A DNA stretch of 20,000 nucleotides from an uncultured virus (IMG/VR IMGVR_UViG_3300030061_001171) (Duplodnaviria > Heunggongvirae > Uroviricota > Caudoviricetes), in the IMG/VR virus record IMGVR_UViG_3300030061_001171; one strand, written 5' to 3'. Shown in pieces: positions 1 to 8,308 of the stretch. The position numbers and the translations under genes were made by a program. How positions within the stretch are numbered: position 1 is the stretch's first letter; each line of letters starts with the position of its first letter. The notes below the pieces were generated by a model. It was not told where the DNA came from. It saw nothing but the letters and a program-made list of their open reading frames with translations, and searched no databases.

Positions 1-2
1 CT

Positions 3-659
3 CCGCAGACCTTCCACGATATTCGTGCGCTTGGTGTTGCTCGGGACACTAGTGACCTTGGTGGCGGTGCTGGCCGTCCGTTCTTCGGTGGTGTTGCTGA
101 AGCTGGTGGCCTTGGTACTGGTCTTCGTGACGGTATGTTTGGTATTCAGGAAAGTCTTGAATATATGAGTTGCCGTATTCTTAAGACTAACCATATGCCA
201 AACTTTGATGCTAGTAACACTGGTGCCGATGGTGCTTATGCTGCTAACGTTATTGGCGAAGCTCGGTACAACCTTGACTTTACTGCTCAGGATCCCGCAG
301 GCGGTACTAACACTGAAGTTCTCGCTACTGAAACTAACGGTGAACCCGGTGTCAAGGCTCTGCTTTGGCAGTCCAAGTCCGTGGCTTCGCTGTCGCTTCA
401 GGGCATGAAGGTTGATACGGTTGAAGATGTCCGTCGTAACACCAACTTTACCGTTGCCTCGATGATGGCCGGTACTGGTGTTCTTCGTCCTGAATGTGCT
501 GCTGTTGTTATGGGCGGTTTTGATAACAATAGTGGTTCTGCTGCTGCTGTTCTTACTCGGTCGTTCGTCCGAACTGCTATGGGTATGATCAATACTGCTG
601 GACCCGAGTACATTAACACCACTGGTGGTGCTTCTCCGGTTCCCCCGTATTACGGGTAA
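3..659 (+). CDS. Major capsid protein (T7 gp10-like), C-terminal part; 5' end lies outside the window
   Basis: The frame of ORF 135..659 stays open back to position 3 (PQTFHDIRALGVARD...). It contains gp10-like C-terminal motifs (ILKTNHMP; ASMMAGTGVLRPECA, cf. T7-type 'GHGGLRPEA'). Codon usage is strongly biased (GGT/CGT/GCT). It is followed by a terminator and gp11/gp12-like genes. Confidence 0.88.
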   Translation, partial: PQTFHDIRALGVARDTSDLGGGAGRPFFGGVAEAGGLGTGLRDGMFGIQESLEYMSCRILKTNHMPNFDASNTGADGAYAANVIGEARYNLDFTAQDPAGGTNTEVLATETNGEPGVKALLWQSKSVASLSLQGMKVDTVEDVRRNTNFTVASMMAGTGVLRPECAAVVMGGFDNNSGSAAAVLTRSFVRTAMGMINTAGPEYINTTGGASPVPPYYG

Positions 660-689
660 AATTGGTAGGATCTATTGGAGGATATTTTT

Positions 690-710
690 ATGTCTTACAA
701 ACTCTATTGA
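690..710 (+). other. Possible mini-ORF MSYKLY* with its own SD (GGAGG 677-681)
   Basis: GGAGG lies 8 nt before ATG 690, with TGA at 708-710. Function unknown. Confidence 0.3.
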
Positions 711-762
711 AAGAGGTGATCCTATCTCGGCAGCAGGAGTTGTCGTTACCTGCAAAATTTAT

Positions 763-799
763 CGCCGTGGCCCCCGAAGGGGGGCTGCGGTGTTTTTTT
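763..799 (+). terminator. Rho-independent terminator after the capsid gene (T-phi equivalent)
   Basis: 13-bp GC-rich stem CGCCGTGGCCCCC-GAAG-GGGGGCTGCGGTG (3 G-U pairs) followed by T7 (793-799). Same position as T7 T-phi. Confidence 0.9.
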
Positions 800-815
800 C
801 TAAGGAGGAAAAACT

Positions 816-1448
816 ATGGGTTATATGACTAGATTAGATGCTGTTAACAAAATGTTAATTTCATCAGGAGAAAACATTGTAAACGATCTTGAAAACCAAA
901 GTGGTGTTGATACTAACATCGCTGAATTTATGTTAGATCAAAAAGTAATTGATTATCAGATGAGAGGTCTTGCTAATAATCAAATTAATAGGTGTTATAA
1001 AATTACCGCTAAGGGAGAAATTGAGTTACCTCATAATACTCTTTCTGGGTGGTTAACCTCTACTCATACAGACTCAGATAATAAACAAATTAGAGGAGTT
1101 ATTAAGGGTAATCCTCCTTACCTTTATAACTTTACTAACGATACTACATTCTGGGAACCCGATGAATACAATGTTTATCTGGTGTTAAAGCTAGAGTGGG
1201 AAGATATGGACACATCTGTGCAGCAAGCCATTGTCATACAGGCTGCTAGAGAATACCAGATGATGTCACAAGGTGACGGAGATGTAGATAGCTACTTAGC
1301 TCAGACGGGTATGTACTACGAGTCACAGGCCAAGGGAGCAGACGCTTCTCAAAAACGATATAATATTTTTAACGGTCCTGAGAATTCTATTTCCAATGCT
1401 ATTAATAGACAAATCAATACTCGAAGTATTCGATTTCCTCGTACTTAA
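816..1448 (+). CDS. Tail tubular protein A / gatekeeper-adaptor (T7 gp11-like)
   Basis: N-terminus TRLDAVNKMLISSGE matches the gp11 pattern (tELdAVN.mL.aIGE). C-terminal region EWEDMDTSVQQAIVIQAAREYQ also fits. 210 aa, SD AAGGAGG at 802-808, directly after capsid and terminator. Confidence 0.88.
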   Translation: MGYMTRLDAVNKMLISSGENIVNDLENQSGVDTNIAEFMLDQKVIDYQMRGLANNQINRCYKITAKGEIELPHNTLSGWLTSTHTDSDNKQIRGVIKGNPPYLYNFTNDTTFWEPDEYNVYLVLKLEWEDMDTSVQQAIVIQAAREYQMMSQGDGDVDSYLAQTGMYYESQAKGADASQKRYNIFNGPENSISNAINRQINTRSIRFPRT

Positions 1449-1459
1449 GGAGATAGACT

Positions 1460-4400
1460 ATGCCGCCATATGATCGAAGAGCTAGGCAACGTGGTTTTAA
1501 TACTCGAATTGCTATTCCTACCTTAAGTGGTGGGGTAGGTAGACAAGCTCCTTCCAAACGTTTAATTTCAGAATCACAAGAAATCCAAAACGCTTTACCT
1601 ACGTTAGAAAAATCAATTGAAAAACGATCTGGTTTAGAACAATTAGTTTGTAAAAAAGATGGTATTCTTAAACCTGAAGGTGGTTTAGGTTTACCGGGAC
1701 CGCAAGGAGCTAGCTCAACTATTACTATTGGAGCGGCTCCTCTTACTGCTGCTTCTACTTCTATGACTTTTGTTGATAAAGGAGCATTAGCAGTAAACGC
1801 ATCTGTTAAATTAACCAGCACAGACGGTACTGAGAAATCTTATATTTCTTCTAACGATAAAAACAACGGATCGTTAACTGAAGCAACTGCATCTTTTACT
1901 TTTACTAATAACTTACCTTTTTCCCCTTCTACTATTACATTAATTTCTTCTGACAGTACTTCTAAAACTTATGAATCAACGTCAGGAACTACTGGAGATT
2001 TAATAGGAAGTAATGTTGGATTTAATTATGGGCAGTCTGGAGATTTCTTTTCTGAAACTTTAACTGCTAGTTATTTTCAAGAAGCTGTTTATAGTGCTAA
2101 TGGGCATAATGCTAATGCTTCAAATACCATGAAATTTTCTGCTGCGTTAGCTGATGACTCTGAAATTACTTTAACTTCTACTGACGGAACTACATTCACG
2201 TTTATAGCCAGATCTGTAGGTACTGGTTTTGTGGGCGACAAAATAATTTTTAACTCTAATATTAATACAAGAACTCAAGCTAACAATTTAGCCAGTGCTA
2301 TTAACACAAATATGGCAGGTAAAATTACAGCTAGTGATGGAGGCGGGGGACGTATTAACTTTGTTCAAGATGTAGACGGAGTAGGGTCTACTAGTAGATT
2401 AATTATAAACAGAGGTATGGTAAACGGATTAGAAGAATTACCTAAAAATAGATTCGGTAAATTACACATTACATTATCGGGGCCGGGAAATACAGTCGTT
2501 AATATCGAACAATGCGTTGGAGGTTCGACAGGTGAAACAACTATTAGTGTGGCTAAAGCTTGGGATCAGTATATTACAGACACCCCCAGTAGTTTTACTG
2601 ATAGTCTTAACGGCGTTTATTACGGTGTAAACATAGATGGAGATGAAGTAGCCTCTAATTTTAAACAAGCAATTGAGTCTGTAAACGGACACACATCGTC
2701 AAAATTCACTGTAATTACAAGCGATTCTACTGTAACAATTACTCAAGCTACAACAGGAAGTGCGGGCAATACTGTTGTTACTGCTAATAGTACTTTTAAT
2801 ACAACTATAAGTGTAAGCCAAGTTAAAAATTTTACTGACGGTAACGATTTAAATGGTGTCTTTAACTCAAAGTCACTTACTTTAGAAGATTCTAACGGTA
2901 CAAAACAAATCTTTAAATTCTTTAATACTATTGAAAAATCGAAAAGTAAAAGCACTACAGTAGGTACAAAAGATCTTACTACAGTTGACGATATTATTAC
3001 TCAGTTAGCTGAAACTATTACAAACAATCAGTTAGCTATGGATGCTACGTATGATTCTACTACTAGTGAATTAAAGCTTACTATGGCTAGCCCCGGAGGT
3101 AACGGAATAAGGGTCGTAACAAACGACACTACTTTGTTTAATGCTACTCAATTTAGGTCAGGACTTTTAGGTAGAAAGTATTTCTTTTATTGGTTCTCTA
3201 TTAGTGATGATCTTCGGTATCTAGTTGTTATCGACTACAGTGCCGCTTCCACTGAAAAATTATTTTACATCTACAGGTTAGATACTAAAACAGGTCTTGT
3301 TGAAGATCAGACTCCTGAAACTCAAGACATTGATTCTACTGTATACGAGTACCTTACTTTTGGTAATGAAACCTACGAAGCTGACGAGGCATTAGATGCA
3401 GTCACCATTGGTACTAACATTTTCTTTGTAAACAAGTTTGTTAAAGCTGGGTTTAGTTCTAATAAAGAAGGCTACAAGTTTAACTTAGCTGGAGAAGTTA
3501 CCGAAGAAATTGATTACGCAGGAAAAGAAATTGTTTATCGTACGTCTTCTGTTGTTGACCCTGATGGCACTGCGTTAATTTATGTTCCTAATAAGGCTTA
3601 CGTAGGTGGTACAGAGGTCTACAACCAGTACGGCGTTTGGAAAGCACTTACTGATATTAGGTCAGAAAGTACTGCTCAGTTTGCAGACGATGATGACGGG
3701 GAAACTGTTATTGCAGCAGACCCCGGTCCACCTAACTACGCAACATCTCAATTTGGTCCAACCGATGCAGCGTTAAACGAAATTTATAATGTTTGGTATC
3801 CGTTCACTCCGGTGGTGGGTCCAATTAATCCCACCACTCCTACAGATCCTCCAAATCTTCCTTTTGCTGAAGATGGTAAAGGCAGAATTAGGGTTAATAC
3901 ATTTATAACAAATAATACTGGTAATGATTTATATGCAGAAACAGTGTGGACAGAAGCAATGACCCCTTCTGAATTAGTTGACCCTGATGCTAATGCCCCT
4001 GCTACAGCAGAAAGAAAATGGAAATCAGCCGTTGTTAATGCTAACGGTATTGTTGAAACTGAAGGTGATACGGTATATGATGCTAATCACTCTCGTAAGG
4101 TTAAAGACAAAGGGGCTGGAGACTCGTCTCCTGCCGAAGTAGACGAGTACATTTCTCTTTGGCAATTTGTGCGTGAAGTAAAACAGATTCCTGTAGAGGA
4201 CAACCGTTATGTTGATAGAACTAAGCAGTACTTAGGTCAGGCTTACAGTGACTTCTCTAACGTTAAGTTACCTCCGCATCCTACTGACCCTACGGATATT
4301 GTTGACATAGCACTTGATGCTAATATCCCAGATGGTATTCCTAATTATGATAATGGTCAAGGTAACCTTGTAGGCGAAGCGGCTATTGCTATGGGACTTC

Positions 4401-6070
4401 TTTATGAAGGTAAAGATATCGGTGATTATGACGATGTTATTTCTAATAGTAGTCCTAATCTTACAACTCATGAAGACGGATTAGGTAAAATTCTTTTTGT
4501 TGAGAACGCATATGCTGATGCGCTGCCGGGATTCTACAGAGTACAGTCTTCTGAGAATAAACCTTTCTTACAAAGAGTCAGAACTCCTCAACCTTTTAGT
4601 AAATTTGATGAAAACAGAATGCCACACCGACTTAATTTTACTGCTCCAAGTGAAAGTAATCCTATTGGTGGGTGGGCATTTTCTTCTGTAGATTGGGACT
4701 TACGAACAACGGGTACTGATGAAACTAACCCCGGTCCTAAGCTGTTTGAAGAGGGTAAACAATCTGAGATTAAAGCATTGGGTTACTTTAGAAACCGAAT
4801 GTGGATGGCAGGAGAAGACAAGGTATTTAGTTCTTCATTAAATAATATTACTAACTTCTTCTTAGAAGATGCCTCGTCTATCAATGACGAAGATCCTATC
4901 GATGTTACTTGCTCATACAACAAGTATACAGAAGTAACTAACTTAACTCCGTTTGAAAACAACTTGTTTGTTAACACGGCATCTGATGTTCAGTTTACTA
5001 TCTCTGGGTCGGATAATCTTATTTCGCCGTTTACAGCCGAAGTGTCTCCCACTTCTTTCTATTCTACGGCACCTTTGATTAAACCCATTCTATTAGGATC
5101 ACAGATTTATTTCTTTGACAAAAAGAGATTATATATCTACTTTAACGATAAAACAGTTTCTATTAATAATGCAGTAGAGGTTAGCTATCACATTCCTGAT
5201 TACTTACCTTCTGAGTATGGTGCTACATCTGTAGTCCCATCTTATGATACGCTGATGTTTGTAAACAAGGCAAACAAAAAAGAAATTTTCTGTTACACTA
5301 ATAGGTATTCAGGAGAACAGGTAATTCAAAATGCGTTCTTTAAGTATGTCGTTGATAGAGATGTATTGAGTTTAAACAGCTACGATGCTAATATGTATTA
5401 CGTAACAGAAACATTTAATGGTTCTAGAGCGGCTCACCATATTCAGAAACAGAAGTTCCAAGAAAAAGATTACTCAATTCCTTTAATCGATAATAGATTT
5501 TCTTCTCTTACCTCATCTACTTACAACGAACAAAACGATGAAACCGAGTTTGTATTTGCTGGCTACTTTAATGACAGCATTGATACAGTAGTAGTCAATG
5601 GTGAGTCTTTAGAAATCCAAAGCTACAAATCTGGGTCTAAGAATACTACGTTATCTGTTCAGGGTAAGTACATTAATCCTGCTACTATTTTTGTAGGAAC
5701 TAAATACGAAACAATTATTCAGTTGTCTCCTATTTTTTATAGAGACGAAGGACAGAATGTTGTTGACGGTGTGTTGTCTTTAAGGACTATGCACCTTAGG
5801 CACCATAACACAGGTAATTACGATATACAAATTAACAACCGAAATAGGATTACTACGCCTATTCGGTTTTCAGCTAAAGAAATTTCTAGTAGGAATGATT
5901 TGACTCCTCTAAATAATTTTGTTGTAAACGGTGAAACAGTTTCTAAGATATTTGGCTTTGGGGATGAAGTTAAAATTAGTATCTTATCTGATTATATATC
6001 CCCAATGAATATTACAAACATAGAATTAAAAGGACGGTTTAACGCTACCTATAGCTCTTGGGTTCGTTAA
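1460..6070 (+). CDS. Tail tubular protein B / nozzle (T7 gp12-like) with large insertions
   Basis: N-terminus IPTLSGGVGRQAPSKR...QNALPTLEKSIEKRSG and core motifs MPHRL, WDLRTTGTDETNPGP.., YFRNRMW, NFF...DEDPIDV, EVSYHIPDYLP, LRTMHLRHHNTG all match gp12-family landmarks. At 1536 aa it is about twice the length of T7 gp12. SD AAGGAGA at 1447-1453. Confidence 0.9.
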   Translation: MPPYDRRARQRGFNTRIAIPTLSGGVGRQAPSKRLISESQEIQNALPTLEKSIEKRSGLEQLVCKKDGILKPEGGLGLPGPQGASSTITIGAAPLTAASTSMTFVDKGALAVNASVKLTSTDGTEKSYISSNDKNNGSLTEATASFTFTNNLPFSPSTITLISSDSTSKTYESTSGTTGDLIGSNVGFNYGQSGDFFSETLTASYFQEAVYSANGHNANASNTMKFSAALADDSEITLTSTDGTTFTFIARSVGTGFVGDKIIFNSNINTRTQANNLASAINTNMAGKITASDGGGGRINFVQDVDGVGSTSRLIINRGMVNGLEELPKNRFGKLHITLSGPGNTVVNIEQCVGGSTGETTISVAKAWDQYITDTPSSFTDSLNGVYYGVNIDGDEVASNFKQAIESVNGHTSSKFTVITSDSTVTITQATTGSAGNTVVTANSTFNTTISVSQVKNFTDGNDLNGVFNSKSLTLEDSNGTKQIFKFFNTIEKSKSKSTTVGTKDLTTVDDIITQLAETITNNQLAMDATYDSTTSELKLTMASPGGNGIRVVTNDTTLFNATQFRSGLLGRKYFFYWFSISDDLRYLVVIDYSAASTEKLFYIYRLDTKTGLVEDQTPETQDIDSTVYEYLTFGNETYEADEALDAVTIGTNIFFVNKFVKAGFSSNKEGYKFNLAGEVTEEIDYAGKEIVYRTSSVVDPDGTALIYVPNKAYVGGTEVYNQYGVWKALTDIRSESTAQFADDDDGETVIAADPGPPNYATSQFGPTDAALNEIYNVWYPFTPVVGPINPTTPTDPPNLPFAEDGKGRIRVNTFITNNTGNDLYAETVWTEAMTPSELVDPDANAPATAERKWKSAVVNANGIVETEGDTVYDANHSRKVKDKGAGDSSPAEVDEYISLWQFVREVKQIPVEDNRYVDRTKQYLGQAYSDFSNVKLPPHPTDPTDIVDIALDANIPDGIPNYDNGQGNLVGEAAIAMGLLYEGKDIGDYDDVISNSSPNLTTHEDGLGKILFVENAYADALPGFYRVQSSENKPFLQRVRTPQPFSKFDENRMPHRLNFTAPSESNPIGGWAFSSVDWDLRTTGTDETNPGPKLFEEGKQSEIKALGYFRNRMWMAGEDKVFSSSLNNITNFFLEDASSINDEDPIDVTCSYNKYTEVTNLTPFENNLFVNTASDVQFTISGSDNLISPFTAEVSPTSFYSTAPLIKPILLGSQIYFFDKKRLYIYFNDKTVSINNAVEVSYHIPDYLPSEYGATSVVPSYDTLMFVNKANKKEIFCYTNRYSGEQVIQNAFFKYVVDRDVLSLNSYDANMYYVTETFNGSRAAHHIQKQKFQEKDYSIPLIDNRFSSLTSSTYNEQNDETEFVFAGYFNDSIDTVVVNGESLEIQSYKSGSKNTTLSVQGKYINPATIFVGTKYETIIQLSPIFYRDEGQNVVDGVLSLRTMHLRHHNTGNYDIQINNRNRITTPIRFSAKEISSRNDLTPLNNFVVNGETVSKIFGFGDEVKISILSDYISPMNITNIELKGRFNATYSSWVR
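1706..3163 (+). repeat. Four diverged protein-domain repeats inserted in gp12 (aa ~83-568)
   Basis: Recurring strand motifs VKLTSTDGTEKSY / ITLISSDSTSKTY / ITLTSTDGTTFTF / LTLEDSNGTKQIF. Recurring helices TASYFQEAVYSANGH / QANNLASAINTN / VASNFKQAIESVNGH / IITQLAETITNN. Confidence 0.75.
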
Positions 6071-6080
6071 CTGTTCTCCG

Positions 6081-6115
6081 GGTCGGTGTGGCTTTAGGGC
6101 CACATCGGCCTTATT
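6081..6115 (+). terminator. Stable hairpin (weak terminator or processing site) between gp12 and the tail fibre gene
   Basis: 13-bp stem GGTCGGTGTGGCT-TTAG-GGCCACATCGGCC followed only by TTATT, immediately before SD AAGGAG. Confidence 0.6.
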
Positions 6116-6128
6116 AAGGAGATTAGAA

Positions 6129-8297
6129 ATGGCATTTGAGAATATTAAATTTAGGCAATGTTCCTATAACTACAACAATCCATCTGATAATGCAGATGAT
6201 TCAACTTTTGTTGTACAAGAAAGCAAAGACATTGGAAATACAGGCGGTGCAGAAGATTGTATTCGTTTAGATTTAAGTAAGTTAAGCACTAAGTTTAACG
6301 AAGATGTAAGCATCACTCAGCAGATTGAAATTTTCTTTCAGCCTGAATTTATGCTTGATGGAACTGAAATCTTGGCTACTTTCCCTGTAGACCAGCGTCA
6401 GGGATTATTTAGATTGCCTCAGAAAAAAACTGATGGTTCTATAATTTACATTGGAGAGCGGTCGCCTAATAACGCTACTCAATATGCTTATATCTCTATT
6501 GCTAAAGTGACTGGTTTAATTAAAACCACAAAGCCAGACGGATCTCCGCTGTTTGGGTATAGTAGTACTGACGGTAGTACTCAAGAAACTATATTAACGT
6601 TTCCTGCCCCAACCACTACTTCAGAATACACAATTAAAAGATTAACACATTCTTTTTCTGACTTTGTTGTGTATCAGCCGGGAGCGCAATTAACTTCTAA
6701 CGTACTCAATTTCCAAAAAGAGCAAGAAATGTTCTTAATTCAAGAACTACTTTGGACTATTGAAATGGACATGGTTACTTTCTCCGACCTGTCCGGTAAA
6801 GGGCAGATTGTAACTACCGGGGCTGACGGTTTTATTGACGTTAATCTTATTAACATGAGTATCTTTGATCTTAATGATGTATATACTCCAGATCAATCTG
6901 AAAGTGTTTTATATTGCCAAACCGCAAATGCTAAAAGATTTATATTTCAATCAGTAGGAGATTTATTAAATTTAAAGCAAATTAAAGACGTAAATTATTC
7001 GGGTACTCCTACTACTAACCATGTGTTAACATGGACTGGATCTGTATGGGAACCGGCTTCTGTTGACGCTGCTTCTGAAACATGTCAGACAAAATTAGTA
7101 TCAACTATGTTTTTCTGTAGTAGTCCCGATAATTCTGCTGTAGAAATTACAGATATCTTTACGGTTAGTGATTCTTTTGATCCAATAGCAACAAAATTAA
7201 TGACCCCCTCAGGTATTCTTTCTGTTCCTTTAGGGAAATTAAAAGATGTCGATGAAACAGATATTAGTAACGGTGACTTGCTTCAATACGATGATTCTGG
7301 CTCATCGCCGGTATACAAGCCTGTCGATCCAACAACTTTAGGTGTTCCGGGCGCACCGGGAGGAAGCGCGTTTAAATTTACATTTAATTCTACAGATCCT
7401 CTTAATTCTCCTTCTTCTGGTGAATTAGGATTTCAAGGAAGCTCCTTTGCTGCTATAACAAGAATCGATTTTGATCAACTTGATGCAGATGGAGTAGATG
7501 TTCATCCTTGGGCTAATTCATTTAATCCTTTAAATACTGATGACGTAGCAACAAATGATTTAATTAAAGTGTATAAAAGTGGATCTCCTGAAAACTTTGT
7601 GTTAGCTAAAATTACTTCTACTGCTCAGTCTGGTGATAATAACCGTCTTTTTGTTACTGTTATTTCTAGCAGCGGTGCTTTCTTTTCAAATAGTGACACT
7701 GTATATCTTTCTCATATTCCTTCTGGATTAGTAGGTCTCGACGGCGATGACGGCCTGCCCGGAACAGAAGGATCGAAGGGGGATCCCGGTCAACCCGGTG
7801 CTGCTTTTACTTCTGTAGATGTAGAATTTGCCAATGCTAATCAAGATTTAAAATTTACTTTTACTTACCCTGCTGGATCTGTTGGCCCTGATGGTGATCT
7901 TGACGAAGAAGTAATTGCTACCTTAGAAGATTGGGCCGGTACAGCTACGCATGTTTGGTATTATGTTGATAGCGCAGATGTAGATGTTACTGCTTATGGT
8001 AAGTATACTTATACGTTATCAACTGACGGTTCTGGAACAGGCGCAATAAGTGCTATTAACAACATGGAACTTGCAAATGAAGGTACAACAGAAGGTGCTA
8101 ATAGAACTTTCCAAGGAATTACATATTCTAGTCCTATTAGTTTTAGCGGTATGAGTAATGAAAGAGTTTATGGTGTGGGTACTAAAGATAATGATTTATA
8201 TAAGTTATTACCTATTGCCGTAGGTACAAAAGTATTAGTAACTAATAGTGAGTTTAGTATTCAAAATGTTATTGAACTTATTGAATGCGCTAGCTGA
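6129..8297 (+). CDS. Tail fibre / fibre adaptor protein with T7 gp17-like N-terminal attachment motif
   Basis: YTIKRLTHSFSDFVVYQPGAQLTSNVLNFQKEQEMFLIQE (about 6626-6746) matches the gp17 N-terminal domain pattern (I.R.T...VDF..Gs.L...DLN....Q.....QE). It has three 'L.dl.DV......g.vL.y....w.P' fibre repeats (about 6855-7325) and a collagen-like GXX run GLVGLDGDDGLPGTEGSKGDPGQPG (about 7725-7803). Ends in tandem stops TGATAG. Confidence 0.8.
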   Translation: MAFENIKFRQCSYNYNNPSDNADDSTFVVQESKDIGNTGGAEDCIRLDLSKLSTKFNEDVSITQQIEIFFQPEFMLDGTEILATFPVDQRQGLFRLPQKKTDGSIIYIGERSPNNATQYAYISIAKVTGLIKTTKPDGSPLFGYSSTDGSTQETILTFPAPTTTSEYTIKRLTHSFSDFVVYQPGAQLTSNVLNFQKEQEMFLIQELLWTIEMDMVTFSDLSGKGQIVTTGADGFIDVNLINMSIFDLNDVYTPDQSESVLYCQTANAKRFIFQSVGDLLNLKQIKDVNYSGTPTTNHVLTWTGSVWEPASVDAASETCQTKLVSTMFFCSSPDNSAVEITDIFTVSDSFDPIATKLMTPSGILSVPLGKLKDVDETDISNGDLLQYDDSGSSPVYKPVDPTTLGVPGAPGGSAFKFTFNSTDPLNSPSSGELGFQGSSFAAITRIDFDQLDADGVDVHPWANSFNPLNTDDVATNDLIKVYKSGSPENFVLAKITSTAQSGDNNRLFVTVISSSGAFFSNSDTVYLSHIPSGLVGLDGDDGLPGTEGSKGDPGQPGAAFTSVDVEFANANQDLKFTFTYPAGSVGPDGDLDEEVIATLEDWAGTATHVWYYVDSADVDVTAYGKYTYTLSTDGSGTGAISAINNMELANEGTTEGANRTFQGITYSSPISFSGMSNERVYGVGTKDNDLYKLLPIAVGTKVLVTNSEFSIQNVIELIECAS

Positions 8298-8308
8298 TAG
8301 GAGAACAA

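Noticed and set aside
205..622. Alternative-frame ORFs 205..408 (+) and 398..622 (-)
   Set aside because: They lie wholly within the capsid gene and are shadows of its biased codon usage (Leu-rich from NNT codons); no SD.
1416..1510. AATACTCGAA occurring twice (1416, 1499) as a possible T7-type phage promoter
   Set aside because: Only 10 nt, both copies inside coding sequence, not noticed upstream of other genes, and no match to the ~23-bp T7-type consensus. No phage RNAP promoter could be identified in the window.
1706..3163. gp12 insertion as an intein or intron
   Set aside because: The reading frame is continuous, and there are no intein splice motifs (C/S start with HN-C/S/T end) or LAGLIDADG/HNH motifs. 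The insert consists of structural repeats.
1414..4977. Minus-strand and short + ORFs overlapping gp12 (1414..1821, 2474..2692, 2743..2955, 4268..4471, 4497..4691, 4783..4977)
   Set aside because: Antisense or off-frame shadows of a well-supported gene, with no recognisable motifs or RBS.
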